Positions 43,001 to 52,305 of a stretch of DNA of 64,000 bases are shown here, piece after piece (position 1 is the stretch's first letter; each line of letters begins with the position of its first letter). Source of the stretch: an uncultured delta proteobacterium (GTDB lineage Bacteria; Desulfobacterota; Binatia; UBA9968). Both the position numbers and the translations under genes were made by a program. The notes under the pieces were generated by a model. It ran no database searches and was not told the origin of the DNA. It saw only the letters and a list, made by a program, of their open reading frames with translations. The stretch lies in NCBI GenBank assembly GCA_963727625.1, contig CAVSHR010000003.1:168601-232600 (forward strand). Reading direction: 5' to 3'.

Positions 43001-43570
43001 GATCGCCGCGAGGCCTTCGGCCGCGTAGCGAGACGCCTCTTTCCATGAGACGCGCACAAACTGATCATTGCCACGATCATCGAAACGGAATTTCTGACGA
43101 AGCTCAGGGCGGTCCGAAAGCGAAGGGAAATTCGCGTCAGCCCATTCTTTCCATCCCTTGCGGATGACAGGCCCTTTGAGACGGTGAGGTCCGTAGACGC
43201 GCCGTTGAAACGTGTAACCCTTCAAACAGCCTCGCGGGTTCCAGTTTACCGATGCTTTGTTACCATAGAGATCGCCGTAATCGCCGTTGGTGTATTCTTG
43301 TTCGCTGCGCAGAACGATGCCGTTGCGAACGAAAGCCCGGAGCCTGCACATATGAGTGTCGTTAGGGCCGCACACCCAAGTGAAGCTTCGGTCATAGCGA
43401 TACTGATCACGGTAGATTTTTTCCCATTCGCGATTGGGATAGAAGGCCAGCGGATTTTCCACGCCGGCGATCGGCTGGAGGAGACGTAGAGCCAGAGCGG
43501 CCCGGCTAAAAAGAAGACCGGCGCCCGCCGTCGTTCCCGTCTTGAGAAAATCGCGTCTGGTCAGATCCAT
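40100..43570 (-). CDS. nxrA: Tat-exported NxrA-like Mo-bis-MGD catalytic subunit (anammox/Nitrospira-type clade)
   Basis: TRRDFLK Tat motif, FS0 motif CGPNDTHMC..NPRGC, YTWRGDQ, GEGINHYFH, TPKSRH, YGSHQS; ~1156 aa. Confidence 0.85.
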   Translation of the reverse strand: MDLTRRDFLKTGTTAGAGLLFSRAALALRLLQPIAGVENPLAFYPNREWEKIYRDQYRYDRSFTWVCGPNDTHMCRLRAFVRNGIVLRSEQEYTNGDYGDLYGNKASVNWNPRGCLKGYTFQRRVYGPHRLKGPVIRKGWKEWADANFPSLSDRPELRQKFRFDDRGNDQFVRVSWKEASRYAAEGLAAIAKTYSSESGKQRLLADGYDPLMLTHWNEAGTRTMKFGSNLPIHGVLGKFGIYRFVNMMALLDHHVRGVPEAKALGSRDWNEYTWRGDQAPGQPFVHGLQTSDCDFNDLRFTKLHIQVGKNLIENKMADSHWMTEIMERGGKIYVISPEYNAPATKCDTWIPVRPGLSDTAVFLGLSKILMDEGWYDADFVKHFSDMPFLIRTDTLKRLHAQELFPDYKASLDPNGPSFKLQNLSREQYDKLGDFVVFDAKSQSLKAVTRDDVGGRLVAKGIDPKLEWTGKTRLIDGTAVEVMTVWSIYKAHLKDYDLDTVEQISGAKKQVVHQLAKDLATIKPAAIHFGEGINHYFHATLHNRATYLPLILTGNIGVHGAGAFTWAGNYKGALFQASPWSGPGVGAYVHEDPFHPVLDEKARLTREQLRDTTEAEEPSYWGYGEKILSVDTPKGRKVFTGKSHLPCPTKMMWYNNANFINQSKWVYHLIVNVLPKVDMIVDQQIEWTGSAEYADLVLPANSWMEFETIECGGSCSNPFIQIWGGEGIKPLYDSKDDAAIFAGVAAALSDKFGDHRFRDYWKYVSEKKPQVYLQRVFDSSTTTRNQRESYGVDKIIKGGYGSPGTALMLFRTYPRVPFWEQVHDDVPFYTDTGRLNAYCDLPEAIEYGENLIVHREGPEATPYLPNVIVSTSPFVRPENYGIPLDAMDADLRSVRNVKMAWSEVKKSVNPLWTQGFRFFCSTPKSRHSTHSSWSTVDWNWIWSCNFGDPYRMDKRAPGVADRQIQLNPQAGMAMGLHDGDYVYVDANPVDRPYVGWKPDDSRYRAFRCMVRVKFNPALPYHFTVLKHTGWIATERTVRAHETRPDKRALAPETGYQASYRYGSHQSITRGWLPPMHQTDTLFHKKTGSVGFVFGFDVDNHAVNTVPKETLIRIVKAEDGGLEGKGIWETARTGRTPGAEADFMTRYLGGEMIKVNDK

Positions 43571-43776
43571 CCTCGCCCCCTTAGCTAGCCAAATTTTTTC
43601 ATTGACCGATCGTGGTCTCAGCCGTCCAAAAAACCCGGGCAAACCGAACGGCGCCGGACTTTATTGAGCCTTTCGAGCCGCGAGCTTTGCCAGGGTTGTG
43701 GCTTCGAACAGCCCAGAGTTTCATCTGGGTCGTACAGGAGTCAACGGACCACTTTAGTCCTTTAAGCTGTCGAAGG

Positions 43777-43792
43777 AGCAAAATCGGTACCA
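43777..43792 (-). promoter_or_regulatory. Sigma54 -24/-12 promoter of the nxr-like operon
   Basis: Reverse complement TGGTACCGATTTTGCT. Confidence 0.65.
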
Positions 43793-44079
43793 ATACTAAG
43801 GACAATGTTTTCCCTCTGATTGTTTGTCAAAGCCGGAGAGAATTTTTCATGAAATAGGAAAATCCCGGTTGGATTTCCAAATTTTGCGACCTCGTTTTCG
43901 TGCGTCAGACAAATAGGTTCAAATCTTCTGATCACGATTCCTGAAATGAATTTGGGGTAATATCTTTATTCTGGAAAAACGAAATATTTTCGCCACGCCC
44001 AGATGGCCACGTACGCAGTTCAAGCCGGGTCAGCGTCAGAGCAAGATCAATCCGCCTCGACTCCTTGCTGGGTTTAGCA

Positions 44080-44366
44080 TTTGTTTTTGTTTCCTCGCCA
44101 GCCTTCACCGTGCCGTCTTGGCGAGCTTGCCGAGCGTCTCGTGCCAAACCTCGATGGTATGATTGCCCGCCGGAATGTCGCTGATCGTGAAATTGCCGCC
44201 CCTGTCGGTCGCAGCGATGTAGGGGTGATCGGCGACAACTCGACCAGACGGGGGTGCCGCCTAATGATGTCGCGAGCGATTCGGTGAGAGCCTGAGCGCC
44301 AAATGAAAAATACGATGCAGCGACCAACGCGATGAATAGCGAAACACTCCGCATTGCCCGATTCAT
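44080..44366 (-). pseudogene. Internally deleted, frameshifted secreted carboxypeptidase-regulatory-like/cupredoxin-associated gene
   Basis: Signal peptide joined directly to the C-terminal piece VVADHPYIAATDRGGNFTISDIPAGNHTIEVWHETLG in another frame. Confidence 0.6.
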
Positions 44367-44667
44367 CGCTAGCCCCAGTTTAGTAAGGGATGATTTTCCT
44401 CATCGAACAAATTCAAGACTATTGACGAACCGCGGATGTCCTAGGAGGCTACAGCGAGACCGGCAGAACATTCCCGTTTTTAGGAAGGCGAATTCTCTTC
44501 TTTACCAAACAATGGAAAAACCAATTGTGAACTCTGCAAGGGAAGGTGTCTAGGAACCATTCTTGATTACGTCGCGGACGCCCTTATTGCTAACAATAAT
44601 CTCGAGATTTTGACACTTCTCTAAAACAAACAACTGTGTGGCATGTAATCTGCACAGCTTCATATCC

Positions 44668-45858
44668 ATGGATTTTAATGAGCGGCCGTTTACCGTCATT
44701 TGGGAAACGACACGGGCTTGCGATCTCGCATGCATTCACTGCCGCGCGGAAGCCCGCGCGCGGCGCGATCCGGAGGAACTGAACTTTGCGGAAGTCCAAG
44801 GACTGATCCAAGGCATCAAAGAGTTCGGTTCGCCCCATCCGATCTTTGTCTTAACCGGCGGCGATCCGGCTAAGCGTCCGGATATTTTTGACATCATCAA
44901 GTACGCTCGAAGCGAAGGTCTCCGCGTGGCCATGACGCCGTCAGCTACGCCGTTGATCACGCGCGATACGGTTCGCCGTTTCGCCGAGGCGGGACTGGTT
45001 CGTCTCGCCGTGAGCTTGGATGGCAAAGATGCCGCCGCCCACGACGGCTTTCGAGGCGTCCATGGTTCATTTGAGCGGACCCTGAAAATTCTCGATTGGT
45101 GCCGCGATTTCGGTCTGGAGTCGCAGATCCACACGACTGTAACCCGCCATGTGTTGGCCGATTTACCGGCGGTCGCGGCGATGATCGCCGAGCGCGGTAT
45201 CAAACTCTGGGCGCTCTTTCTGCTCATCGCAGTTGGCCGGGCGGCGCGCCCGGAGATTCGCCGGCTCAATATCACTGCGCGCGAGGTCGAGTCACTGTTT
45301 CATTGGCTATACGATCTGAACAAATCAGCCCCGTTTGATGTCACGCCGCGCGAAGGCTATCACTACCGGCGCGTGCTATTGCAGCGACGCGCGGCTGAAT
45401 TGGCCATGCCCGTGGAGCAACTTTTCACCGAGGCATACGACAGGTCATGGACACCGTCAGAGGTCGCGCCAAACGCCAAGGCGACCAAGATTCTGCGCGC
45501 CCCCCTCGGCGTCAACGATGGTCGAGGCGTCGTATTCATTTCTCACACTGGTGATGTTCAACCAAGCGGCTTTTTGAATCTCGCCGGAGGCAATATTCGC
45601 TCTCAGTCATTGTCGGAAATCTACCGATCGTCAGATTCGTTTATCCGCGTGCGCGACTACACGCAGCTCAAAGGCAAGTGCGGCGTGTGCGAGTTCAAAT
45701 CGATCTGTGGTGGTAGCCGCTCGCGAGCTTACGCGATCACCGGCGATCCCATGAGCAGCGATCCCTACTGTGTTTATCAGCCGGCGGCTTGGCAAGCTCG
45801 GCACTCCACGGCAAGGGCTCAAGCCGAAAATCGCGGGCGGCTGGGACACGCGAACTAA
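44668..45858 (+). CDS. Radical SAM/SPASM protein, AhbD/NirJ-like (TIGR04053-type)
   Basis: WETTRACDLACIHCRA, GVNDGRG, GKCGVCEF..CGGSRSRAY..DPYC. Confidence 0.85.
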   Translation: MDFNERPFTVIWETTRACDLACIHCRAEARARRDPEELNFAEVQGLIQGIKEFGSPHPIFVLTGGDPAKRPDIFDIIKYARSEGLRVAMTPSATPLITRDTVRRFAEAGLVRLAVSLDGKDAAAHDGFRGVHGSFERTLKILDWCRDFGLESQIHTTVTRHVLADLPAVAAMIAERGIKLWALFLLIAVGRAARPEIRRLNITAREVESLFHWLYDLNKSAPFDVTPREGYHYRRVLLQRRAAELAMPVEQLFTEAYDRSWTPSEVAPNAKATKILRAPLGVNDGRGVVFISHTGDVQPSGFLNLAGGNIRSQSLSEIYRSSDSFIRVRDYTQLKGKCGVCEFKSICGGSRSRAYAITGDPMSSDPYCVYQPAAWQARHSTARAQAENRGRLGHAN

Positions 45859-45890
45859 GAGTTAGAAAAGCAGCCAAAAGGAGAAAGAAT

Positions 45891-46475
45891 ATGGAACCTA
45901 CGACCTCCCATGGTTGCGCTGGCAGCCATCAAGCCGAGAAACCGACGGCGATTCTCAGCGATGAGCATCGCATCATCGAACGGGTGCTCGGCGCCGTCGA
46001 GAAGCTGGCGAAAGGTTCGGTAGGCCCACTGGACCCTTGGAAGAAGGCGCTCGATTTTATCCGCCGCTTTGCCGATCAGTGCCATCACATCAAGGAAGAA
46101 AAGGTTCTGTTTCCGGCCATGGAGGCGCATGGGATTCCGAACGAAGACGGGCCCATCGGAATGATGCTGATGGAACACGAGGAAGCGCGATCGTACGTGC
46201 GAGCCATGCTCGCGGCAATTACTCTGATCGAAAGCAACAACGAGGCCGGTAAAACAAGCCTTATCAGCAGCGCGCAAGCCTACTGCCGTCTACTGCGCGA
46301 GCATATCCAAAAGGAAGACGAGATTCTGTTTCGCATGGCTGACGAGGCGATTCCCGCCGAAGAACAGAAAAAGCTCTCGGCAGCTTTCGCTCAGCACGAG
46401 GCCGAAGAAATGGGCGCGGGAGTCCATGATAAATATCTGAAGATCGCGGCGGAATTGGAAGGCGTCACGAGATAA
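45891..46475 (+). CDS. Hemerythrin-like HHE domain protein
   Basis: LSDEH, HHIKEE, MLMEH, HIQKED; AAGGAG RBS. Confidence 0.88.
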   Translation: MEPTTSHGCAGSHQAEKPTAILSDEHRIIERVLGAVEKLAKGSVGPLDPWKKALDFIRRFADQCHHIKEEKVLFPAMEAHGIPNEDGPIGMMLMEHEEARSYVRAMLAAITLIESNNEAGKTSLISSAQAYCRLLREHIQKEDEILFRMADEAIPAEEQKKLSAAFAQHEAEEMGAGVHDKYLKIAAELEGVTR

Positions 46476-46589
46476 AGCCAATTCATGACCCCGTTGCCGA
46501 GCACGGCAGAGCCACCGTGGGCGCTTCATAAGTCAATTAGGAGGGCCGTCTTTATAAACCGATCGATGGCTATTAGGAAGGGAGTTGTT

Positions 46590-47591
46590 ATGAAGAGGTT
46601 GATGATCATCTTTATTTCCTTGGTCGGGTTTATTCAAATCGCGCCTTCCTATGGCGCTTCACTCTATGAAGGCAAGACGATCACCATCGTCGTTGGCTAC
46701 AAACCGGGAGGGGGCTATGACAGGTATGCGCGCCTCATCGGCAAATATCTGCCCAAATACATCCCGGGAAGTCCCGGTGCTATTGTCCAGAATATGCCGG
46801 GAGCGAGCAGTGTCATTGCGGCGAATCATCTTTTTAGCGTCGCCAAGCCCGACGGTCTGACAATCGGGACTTTTAATAATGCTACGGTCATTGCGCAATT
46901 GATCAAAGTTGCAGGAGTGAGGTTCGATTTAACCAAGTTTGCTTGGTTGGGCAGTGCTGCCAGCGATGCAGTGATCCTCAGCGTGCGCTCCGATCTGCCG
47001 TACAAGACCGCGGACGACTTGCGAAAGGTCAAGCAGTTCGTGATCGGCACCACCGGACCCGGAAGCTCGACCCATGATTTCCCTGCGCTCCTAGATGAGT
47101 TCGCTGGTTTCGACTTCAAGCTTGTCCCCGGTTATTCGTCGAGCGCGGACGTAATGCTCGCCCTCGAGCGTAAAGAGGTGGACGGCCGGGCCGGATCTTA
47201 CGATTCGATCAAGCCCTTTATCGAACGTGGTCTGGTGCGTCCTATTATTCGCAATCGGACCTCGGCTCCGGGGATCGAAAAACTACCGGTCGACGAAGAT
47301 CTTGCAACGAGTCAAAACGGCAAGCTCATCATGGCTGTCAACGCAGTCCCGACGCAAATCTACCGGCCATTCGTAGCACCTCCGGGAACAGCTACGGACG
47401 CGATAAAAATCCTGCGCGACGCATTTGCCAAAGCGCTCAAGGACAAAGATCTCCTTGCGGAAGCTAAGAAGGGCAAGATGACCATCGATTACGTGTCGCC
47501 GGAGGAGGCTATGAAGGTTGTCTCCGAGGTTTTAAGTCAACCACCGGCCGTAGTCCAGGAGTTGGCGAAACATATCAAGTTTGGGGAATGA
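46590..47591 (+). CDS. tctC: Tripartite tricarboxylate transporter substrate-binding protein (Bug/TctC)
   Basis: VGYKPGGGYD, NMPGA, KPDGLT. Confidence 0.88.
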   Translation: MKRLMIIFISLVGFIQIAPSYGASLYEGKTITIVVGYKPGGGYDRYARLIGKYLPKYIPGSPGAIVQNMPGASSVIAANHLFSVAKPDGLTIGTFNNATVIAQLIKVAGVRFDLTKFAWLGSAASDAVILSVRSDLPYKTADDLRKVKQFVIGTTGPGSSTHDFPALLDEFAGFDFKLVPGYSSSADVMLALERKEVDGRAGSYDSIKPFIERGLVRPIIRNRTSAPGIEKLPVDEDLATSQNGKLIMAVNAVPTQIYRPFVAPPGTATDAIKILRDAFAKALKDKDLLAEAKKGKMTIDYVSPEEAMKVVSEVLSQPPAVVQELAKHIKFGE

Positions 47592-47622
47592 GACCTTGCA
47601 CCAACTAGAAATTTGCGAAGGG

Positions 47623-47648
47623 GAGAGCGCGGCTTGATCCGCGCTTTC
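47623..47648 (+). terminator. Intergenic stem-loop between tctC and tctA
   Basis: gagagcgcgg-cttgat-ccgcgctttc. Confidence 0.45.
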
Positions 47649-47677
47649 CGCTTAAGGGAAAGCTAGCGGCCTTAACG

Positions 47678-49189
47678 ATGCTCGATGCGTTTGTCCAAGG
47701 GCTGTTCGTAATCTTTCAATGGCACACTTTTCTCATGATGCTGTTGGGCATCTTTCTAGGCTTCTGGGTGGGACTGCTCCCGGGTCTCGGCGGCTCTACC
47801 ACCCTGGCTCTGATGCTTCCCTTTATTTACAAAATGACGCCTGTGGAAGCCTTTGCATTCCTGTTGGGGATGCACTCGGTGGTCTCCACCACTGGAGACA
47901 TCACATCGGTGCTATTTGGAATTCCCGGCGAGGGGACCACCGCAGCAACGATTTTGGACGGTCACGCAATGGCAAAAAATGGCGAGGCCGGACGGGCACT
48001 GGGAGCGGCGCTCATGAGTTCCCTGATCGGCGCCGTGATTGGCGCCTTTGCCTTGGCTCTGGCGATCCCGGTCGTGCGCCCGCTGGTCCTCTCATTCGGG
48101 GCGCCGGAACTGTTCATGCTTGCCATTGTCGGCATCGCCTTTATCTCGTCGCTGAGCGGGCAGGGGGGACGGGCCTTGTTGCGCGGAATTCTCGCCGGGC
48201 TTTTGGGACTCTTGTTCGCTCTCGTGGGTCAAGACCCGCAGGCCGGCGTTCTGCGCTTCACCTTCGGCCAGCTCTATCTATGGAACGGGCTCGACTTGAT
48301 CCCGGTTTTGGTGGGCGTCTTCGCCATTCCCGAGATCATTGACCTCGCCGTCAGAGGAACCTCGATCGCAGGCGAACTGCCGCCTGAGAATCTTGGCAGA
48401 GGCGTTTGGGTCGGGGTCAAAGATACCTTCGTGCATTTTTGGCTAACCGTCCGATGCAGCCTCTTGGGCACCTTCATCGGAATCATGCCGGGTTTAGGTG
48501 GCGGGGTGGCGCAGTGGATCGCGTACGGCCATGCGGTGCAGAGCGCGCGCACCAGCGAGGAGCGAGCCGGATTCGGCAAAGGAGACATCCGGGGGGTATT
48601 GGGTCCGGGCGCCGCCAATAACTCCAAAGAAGGAGGGTCCCTTATCCCAACCATTGCGTTTGGAGTTCCCGGCAGCTCATCCATGGCGATTCTCCTGGGC
48701 GCGTTTTTCCTTCTCGGGATCATGCCGGGACCTGACATGTTGGATAAGCATCTCGTTCTTACCTTTTCCATGGTCTGGACAATGGTCGTCGCCAATATTA
48801 TTACCGTTGCCGTCAGCCTTTTTTTTCTAAATTACCTGGCCATGCTTACGTTGATCCGCGGCACAGTGCTTATCCCATTCATTCTTTTCTTCGCTTTCAT
48901 TGGGGCCTATACCTCAAACAATCATCTAGGCGATTTGTTGGTTTTTCTCGCGTTCGGCTTTCTCGGCTATCTCATGATCAAATGCGGCTGGCCTCGAGCC
49001 CCGCTGGTTCTCGGCTTTGTTTTGGGCAGGATAGCGGAGAACAATTTTTACATTTCAACCATTCGCTACGGCCCCTCCTGGATTCTCCGCCCGTTGGTCC
49101 TGGTTCTCATCGCTTTGTCGGTAATCGTGCTTTTTTTTCCTTTTATGCGCTTTAAGGGGCGACCGTTGGCCGGGGGAAATGAACCGTGA
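47678..49189 (+). CDS. tctA: Tripartite tricarboxylate transporter permease TctA
   Basis: GLLPGLGG, GIPG, AANNS, GVPG. Confidence 0.92.
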   Translation: MLDAFVQGLFVIFQWHTFLMMLLGIFLGFWVGLLPGLGGSTTLALMLPFIYKMTPVEAFAFLLGMHSVVSTTGDITSVLFGIPGEGTTAATILDGHAMAKNGEAGRALGAALMSSLIGAVIGAFALALAIPVVRPLVLSFGAPELFMLAIVGIAFISSLSGQGGRALLRGILAGLLGLLFALVGQDPQAGVLRFTFGQLYLWNGLDLIPVLVGVFAIPEIIDLAVRGTSIAGELPPENLGRGVWVGVKDTFVHFWLTVRCSLLGTFIGIMPGLGGGVAQWIAYGHAVQSARTSEERAGFGKGDIRGVLGPGAANNSKEGGSLIPTIAFGVPGSSSMAILLGAFFLLGIMPGPDMLDKHLVLTFSMVWTMVVANIITVAVSLFFLNYLAMLTLIRGTVLIPFILFFAFIGAYTSNNHLGDLLVFLAFGFLGYLMIKCGWPRAPLVLGFVLGRIAENNFYISTIRYGPSWILRPLVLVLIALSVIVLFFPFMRFKGRPLAGGNEP

Positions 49190-49668
49190 GGCGTCTTTTG
49201 AATCTTCGCTGCGCCCTCAGTTTAGCGACCGCATGTGTTGCCGGGTATGCGCTATACGCTTCATGGAGTTGGCCGTTCCGAACGGCGCTCTTCCCAAGGG
49301 TTATCGCGCTTCCGATTCTTTTCCTTGCCCTGATTGAATTGGCCCTGAATATCTGGAGCATCGAAGGAGAACGCGAGGGTCATGCGGTGGATTTCCAACT
49401 CACCGACACCGTTGAGCCTGCCTTGGCTAGGAAGAGAACGATAGCTATAACTATGTGGACGGTGGGCTTTCTGTTGCTCATTCTTTTGGTTGGCTTTCCT
49501 CTCGCAGTTCCGATCTTTGTTTTTGCTTATTTGAAACTAGCCGGCCGAGAGCCCTGGACGCTCACCATTGCTTTAACGGCAATTTCCTGGCTTTCCATGG
49601 AAGGCTTTTTCACCAGACTTCTCCATCTGCCATTCCCGGAAGGCTGGATTTTTGGATTCTTGAGTTAG
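49186..49668 (+). CDS. tctB: TctB small membrane subunit
   Basis: About 4 TM segments, LFP, C-terminal LPFPEG; overlaps the tctA stop. Confidence 0.85.
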   Translation: MRRLLNLRCALSLATACVAGYALYASWSWPFRTALFPRVIALPILFLALIELALNIWSIEGEREGHAVDFQLTDTVEPALARKRTIAITMWTVGFLLLILLVGFPLAVPIFVFAYLKLAGREPWTLTIALTAISWLSMEGFFTRLLHLPFPEGWIFGFLS

Positions 49669-49704
49669 CGCTTGCGCCGTTAGCGGCGATAAAGGCAGGG
49701 CCTC

Positions 49705-50367
49705 ATGATTTCCAACGCAGCAGCGCACGCCTTGCCGCAACGCACCCAATCCGTCGGAGAGGAAATCGCAAACGCCGTCAGTCACGGTGTCGGTTTGCTG
49801 GCGGCAGTGGTTGCGGCCCCAGTCCTCGTGGCTACCGCCGTTCAGCGCGGCGGGATTGTTGAAATCGTGAGCGCGAGCGTCTTCGGGACGACGATGGTGC
49901 TGGTGTACCTCACATCCACCCTGTACCACGCGTTGCCAAGAAATAGAGCCAAGCGGGTATTCCGGATTCTCGATCATGGAGCAATCTTCCTCCTGATCGC
50001 CGGCACCTACACCCCGTTCATGCTCGGCCCGCTGCGTGGAACCTGGGGTTGGACACTGCTCGGGCTGGTGTGGGGTATGGCCATCGCCGGAATCGTTCTC
50101 AAGGCCGTTTGCGGTGTCCGCTACCCGAAACTTTCGACATTCCTATATATCGCCATGGGCTGGCTGGTCATTATCGCGATTGAGCCGTTGTGGCTCAAGG
50201 TGCCAATGTCGGGTTTCTTTTGGCTATTAGCAGGCGGTGTCGCGTATACGGCGGGCGTTGCATTCTTTGCGCCGCAGCGGCTCCGCTACAGCCATTTTGT
50301 CTGGCATCTATTTGTTCTCGCGGGCACCGCGTGTCATTTTACCGCGGTGCTGTGGTACGCGGTCTAA
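49705..50367 (+). CDS. Hemolysin III / PAQR (TrhA-like) membrane protein
   Basis: EEIANAVSH, STLYH, DHGAIFLLIAGTYTP, HFVWHLFV. Confidence 0.92.
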   Translation: MISNAAAHALPQRTQSVGEEIANAVSHGVGLLAAVVAAPVLVATAVQRGGIVEIVSASVFGTTMVLVYLTSTLYHALPRNRAKRVFRILDHGAIFLLIAGTYTPFMLGPLRGTWGWTLLGLVWGMAIAGIVLKAVCGVRYPKLSTFLYIAMGWLVIIAIEPLWLKVPMSGFFWLLAGGVAYTAGVAFFAPQRLRYSHFVWHLFVLAGTACHFTAVLWYAV

Positions 50368-50550
50368 CGTGGGCTCCCCGTCTTGGCTATCGCGGAAATG
50401 TAGCAGTCCGCCGTGGACGCTCGTTTTGCTGAATTGAAGGCTCCTCTGGGATTCAGCATGCAGTTTCTGCTTTTCCCGTGCTCCACCGGCACAGCTGCTT
50501 CTCTCCGAGTGCTGTGTTCTCACACGCGCTGGTTTGCATCGGACAACAAC

Positions 50551-51996
50551 TTATAGGTCGATCAAATCGGCGGCTGCCTGGTAAGTCTCGAATTTCATCC
50601 TGACGTAAGGCGATGTATAGCCGTTGCGAATGCGCTCGATGCGATTGGGACGGCGATAAAACTCGCGGTTAGCCCAAGCGGAAAGTTTCCCCAGCTTCTC
50701 GCGGGAGAGATATCGAGTCGGCATGATCGAATGGAGCGCGTCCCAATTCTGTAAATCGAGATTCTCGATGCGCTCTTCTCTCATCGCTTGCCTCCAGACG
50801 GGCGAGCCGGGCAGAGGGGTGAGGAGCATCAAGACGCCGGTATCCGGATCGATCTCATCGACCACCTTGAACCGGTGCTTAATTTTTTCCGCATCGTCCT
50901 GCCAAAAGCCGTTCATATACGTCCCCACAGTGGCGATGTCATTGCTCCGAAGGAGCTGCACCAGCTCCTTCAAGTCTGCAATGGTGTAGCGCTCTTTGCT
51001 CTTGTGAATATTGGCCAATTCTTCATCGGTTCCCGCTTCGATGCCGAAGAGCACCTGGTAACAGCCGGCTTTTCTCATTCTCGGAACAAGGTCGGCGTCG
51101 CGGATGAGGTTGCGCGCCCGGCCCATGAAAAACCACTGGATGTCGAGATCGCGATTTTCCAACTCGTCCAAAAGATCCAGCATCTTCTGGCGGTCGGAGT
51201 TAAAATCGTCGTCCAAAAAGTTAAGCGCCTTAACGCCGTACGATTTGTTTAGGATTTCCATCTCGTCGGCGACCCGTTTGCCGCTGCGGGTTCTATGCAG
51301 GAAAAAATCTCCGCTGCGGCGCGGATCAATAAGGCCCCACTCGTAGCAAAAATTGCACGCGCCTTCGCAGCCACGGCTGGTCACGGCTTCGTTGAAGTGC
51401 TCGATCCGTGAGAAACCGACGTATTGGTCCAGTGGAAACAGATCGTAGGCTGGCATGGGCAATGTGTCGAGCTCGGGAATAAGCGGGCGGGGAGCGGTCA
51501 ACCGGATTTCCGAGCCGCGCCTGTAGGCGAGCCCGCTGATTTCCGCGACGTTAGGCCGCCGGCATTGAAGTTCAGCGAGCAGCTCCGCCAATGTGAGTTC
51601 CGCTTCGCCGAGGAGGATATAATCGACTTGTGGCGAGAAGGTGAGAACCTCTTTGGCCAGCGCCGAGACGCCCAGCCCGCCGAGGATCGTTACGACCTGA
51701 GGCAAGTGTTCCTTGAGCAATGCCATGGTCTCGATGAAGCGGACCAGCGGCGTGGCGCCGCCGTCGGTGACCAAACGGGTGCCGAGAAAGATCGCGTCGG
51801 GCGCCGCGGGTTTGATGTGATCAAGCATCGCCGCCGTGTCCAGCCCGAGAGCGCGGCAATCGAGAACCGCTACCGCCGCGGCATCCTGCTGGCGGACATA
51901 GGCTGCCAGTTGGGCGTGCAGCGGATTGCAAGCAACATGTTTGGTTCCCCAGCGCATCCAGTTTTCCATCGGTGGGGTTAAGAACAGTAATTTCAT
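50551..51996 (-). CDS. Cobalamin-dependent radical SAM protein (BchE-like/class B)
   Basis: N-terminal B12-binding domain (ILGG..GEAE), TSRGCEGACNFC, TPLPGS. Confidence 0.88.
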   Translation of the reverse strand: MKLLFLTPPMENWMRWGTKHVACNPLHAQLAAYVRQQDAAAVAVLDCRALGLDTAAMLDHIKPAAPDAIFLGTRLVTDGGATPLVRFIETMALLKEHLPQVVTILGGLGVSALAKEVLTFSPQVDYILLGEAELTLAELLAELQCRRPNVAEISGLAYRRGSEIRLTAPRPLIPELDTLPMPAYDLFPLDQYVGFSRIEHFNEAVTSRGCEGACNFCYEWGLIDPRRSGDFFLHRTRSGKRVADEMEILNKSYGVKALNFLDDDFNSDRQKMLDLLDELENRDLDIQWFFMGRARNLIRDADLVPRMRKAGCYQVLFGIEAGTDEELANIHKSKERYTIADLKELVQLLRSNDIATVGTYMNGFWQDDAEKIKHRFKVVDEIDPDTGVLMLLTPLPGSPVWRQAMREERIENLDLQNWDALHSIMPTRYLSREKLGKLSAWANREFYRRPNRIERIRNGYTSPYVRMKFETYQAAADLIDL

Positions 51997-52252
51997 TTCA
52001 ACCTCGGCATGACGAAAAGTGGGACTAGAAACTTTAAGTATTGATTATCAATATACGAGCAATATCCGGGCCGACTCGTCAGGATGCCGATGTTTGGGCG
52101 TCCGTCAGAGCAGAACAAAGAGCCCGCATGATTCGAATCGCGCCGCCGCTGTTCTCTGATCTGGGAATAATCAATTGAAATTTTCCAAATTCTACGAATG
52201 AAACATCCGCAGGCAGCGCGAGACTTCAGTGAGTTATCACCCCAGTCGCGGC

Positions 52253-52268
52253 TGGCCTGGATATTGCG
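52253..52268 (+). promoter_or_regulatory. Sigma54 -24/-12 promoter of the glyoxylate-shunt operon
   Basis: TGGCCTGGATATTGCG (GG-N10-GC), about 37 nt before the ATG. Confidence 0.6.
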
Positions 52269-52305
52269 GCAATTGGTTAAATAAATCACCGGCGGGGTAT
52301 GCTTC

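Noticed and set aside
40100-43570. Concluding that the organism is a nitrite oxidiser or anammox bacterium
   Set aside because: Direction of catalysis cannot be read from sequence; no hzs, hdh or carbon-fixation genes in the window
52040-52054. ATTGATTATCAAT palindrome as an FNR box
   Set aside because: Spacer is 1 nt rather than the 4 nt of TTGAT-N4-ATCAA
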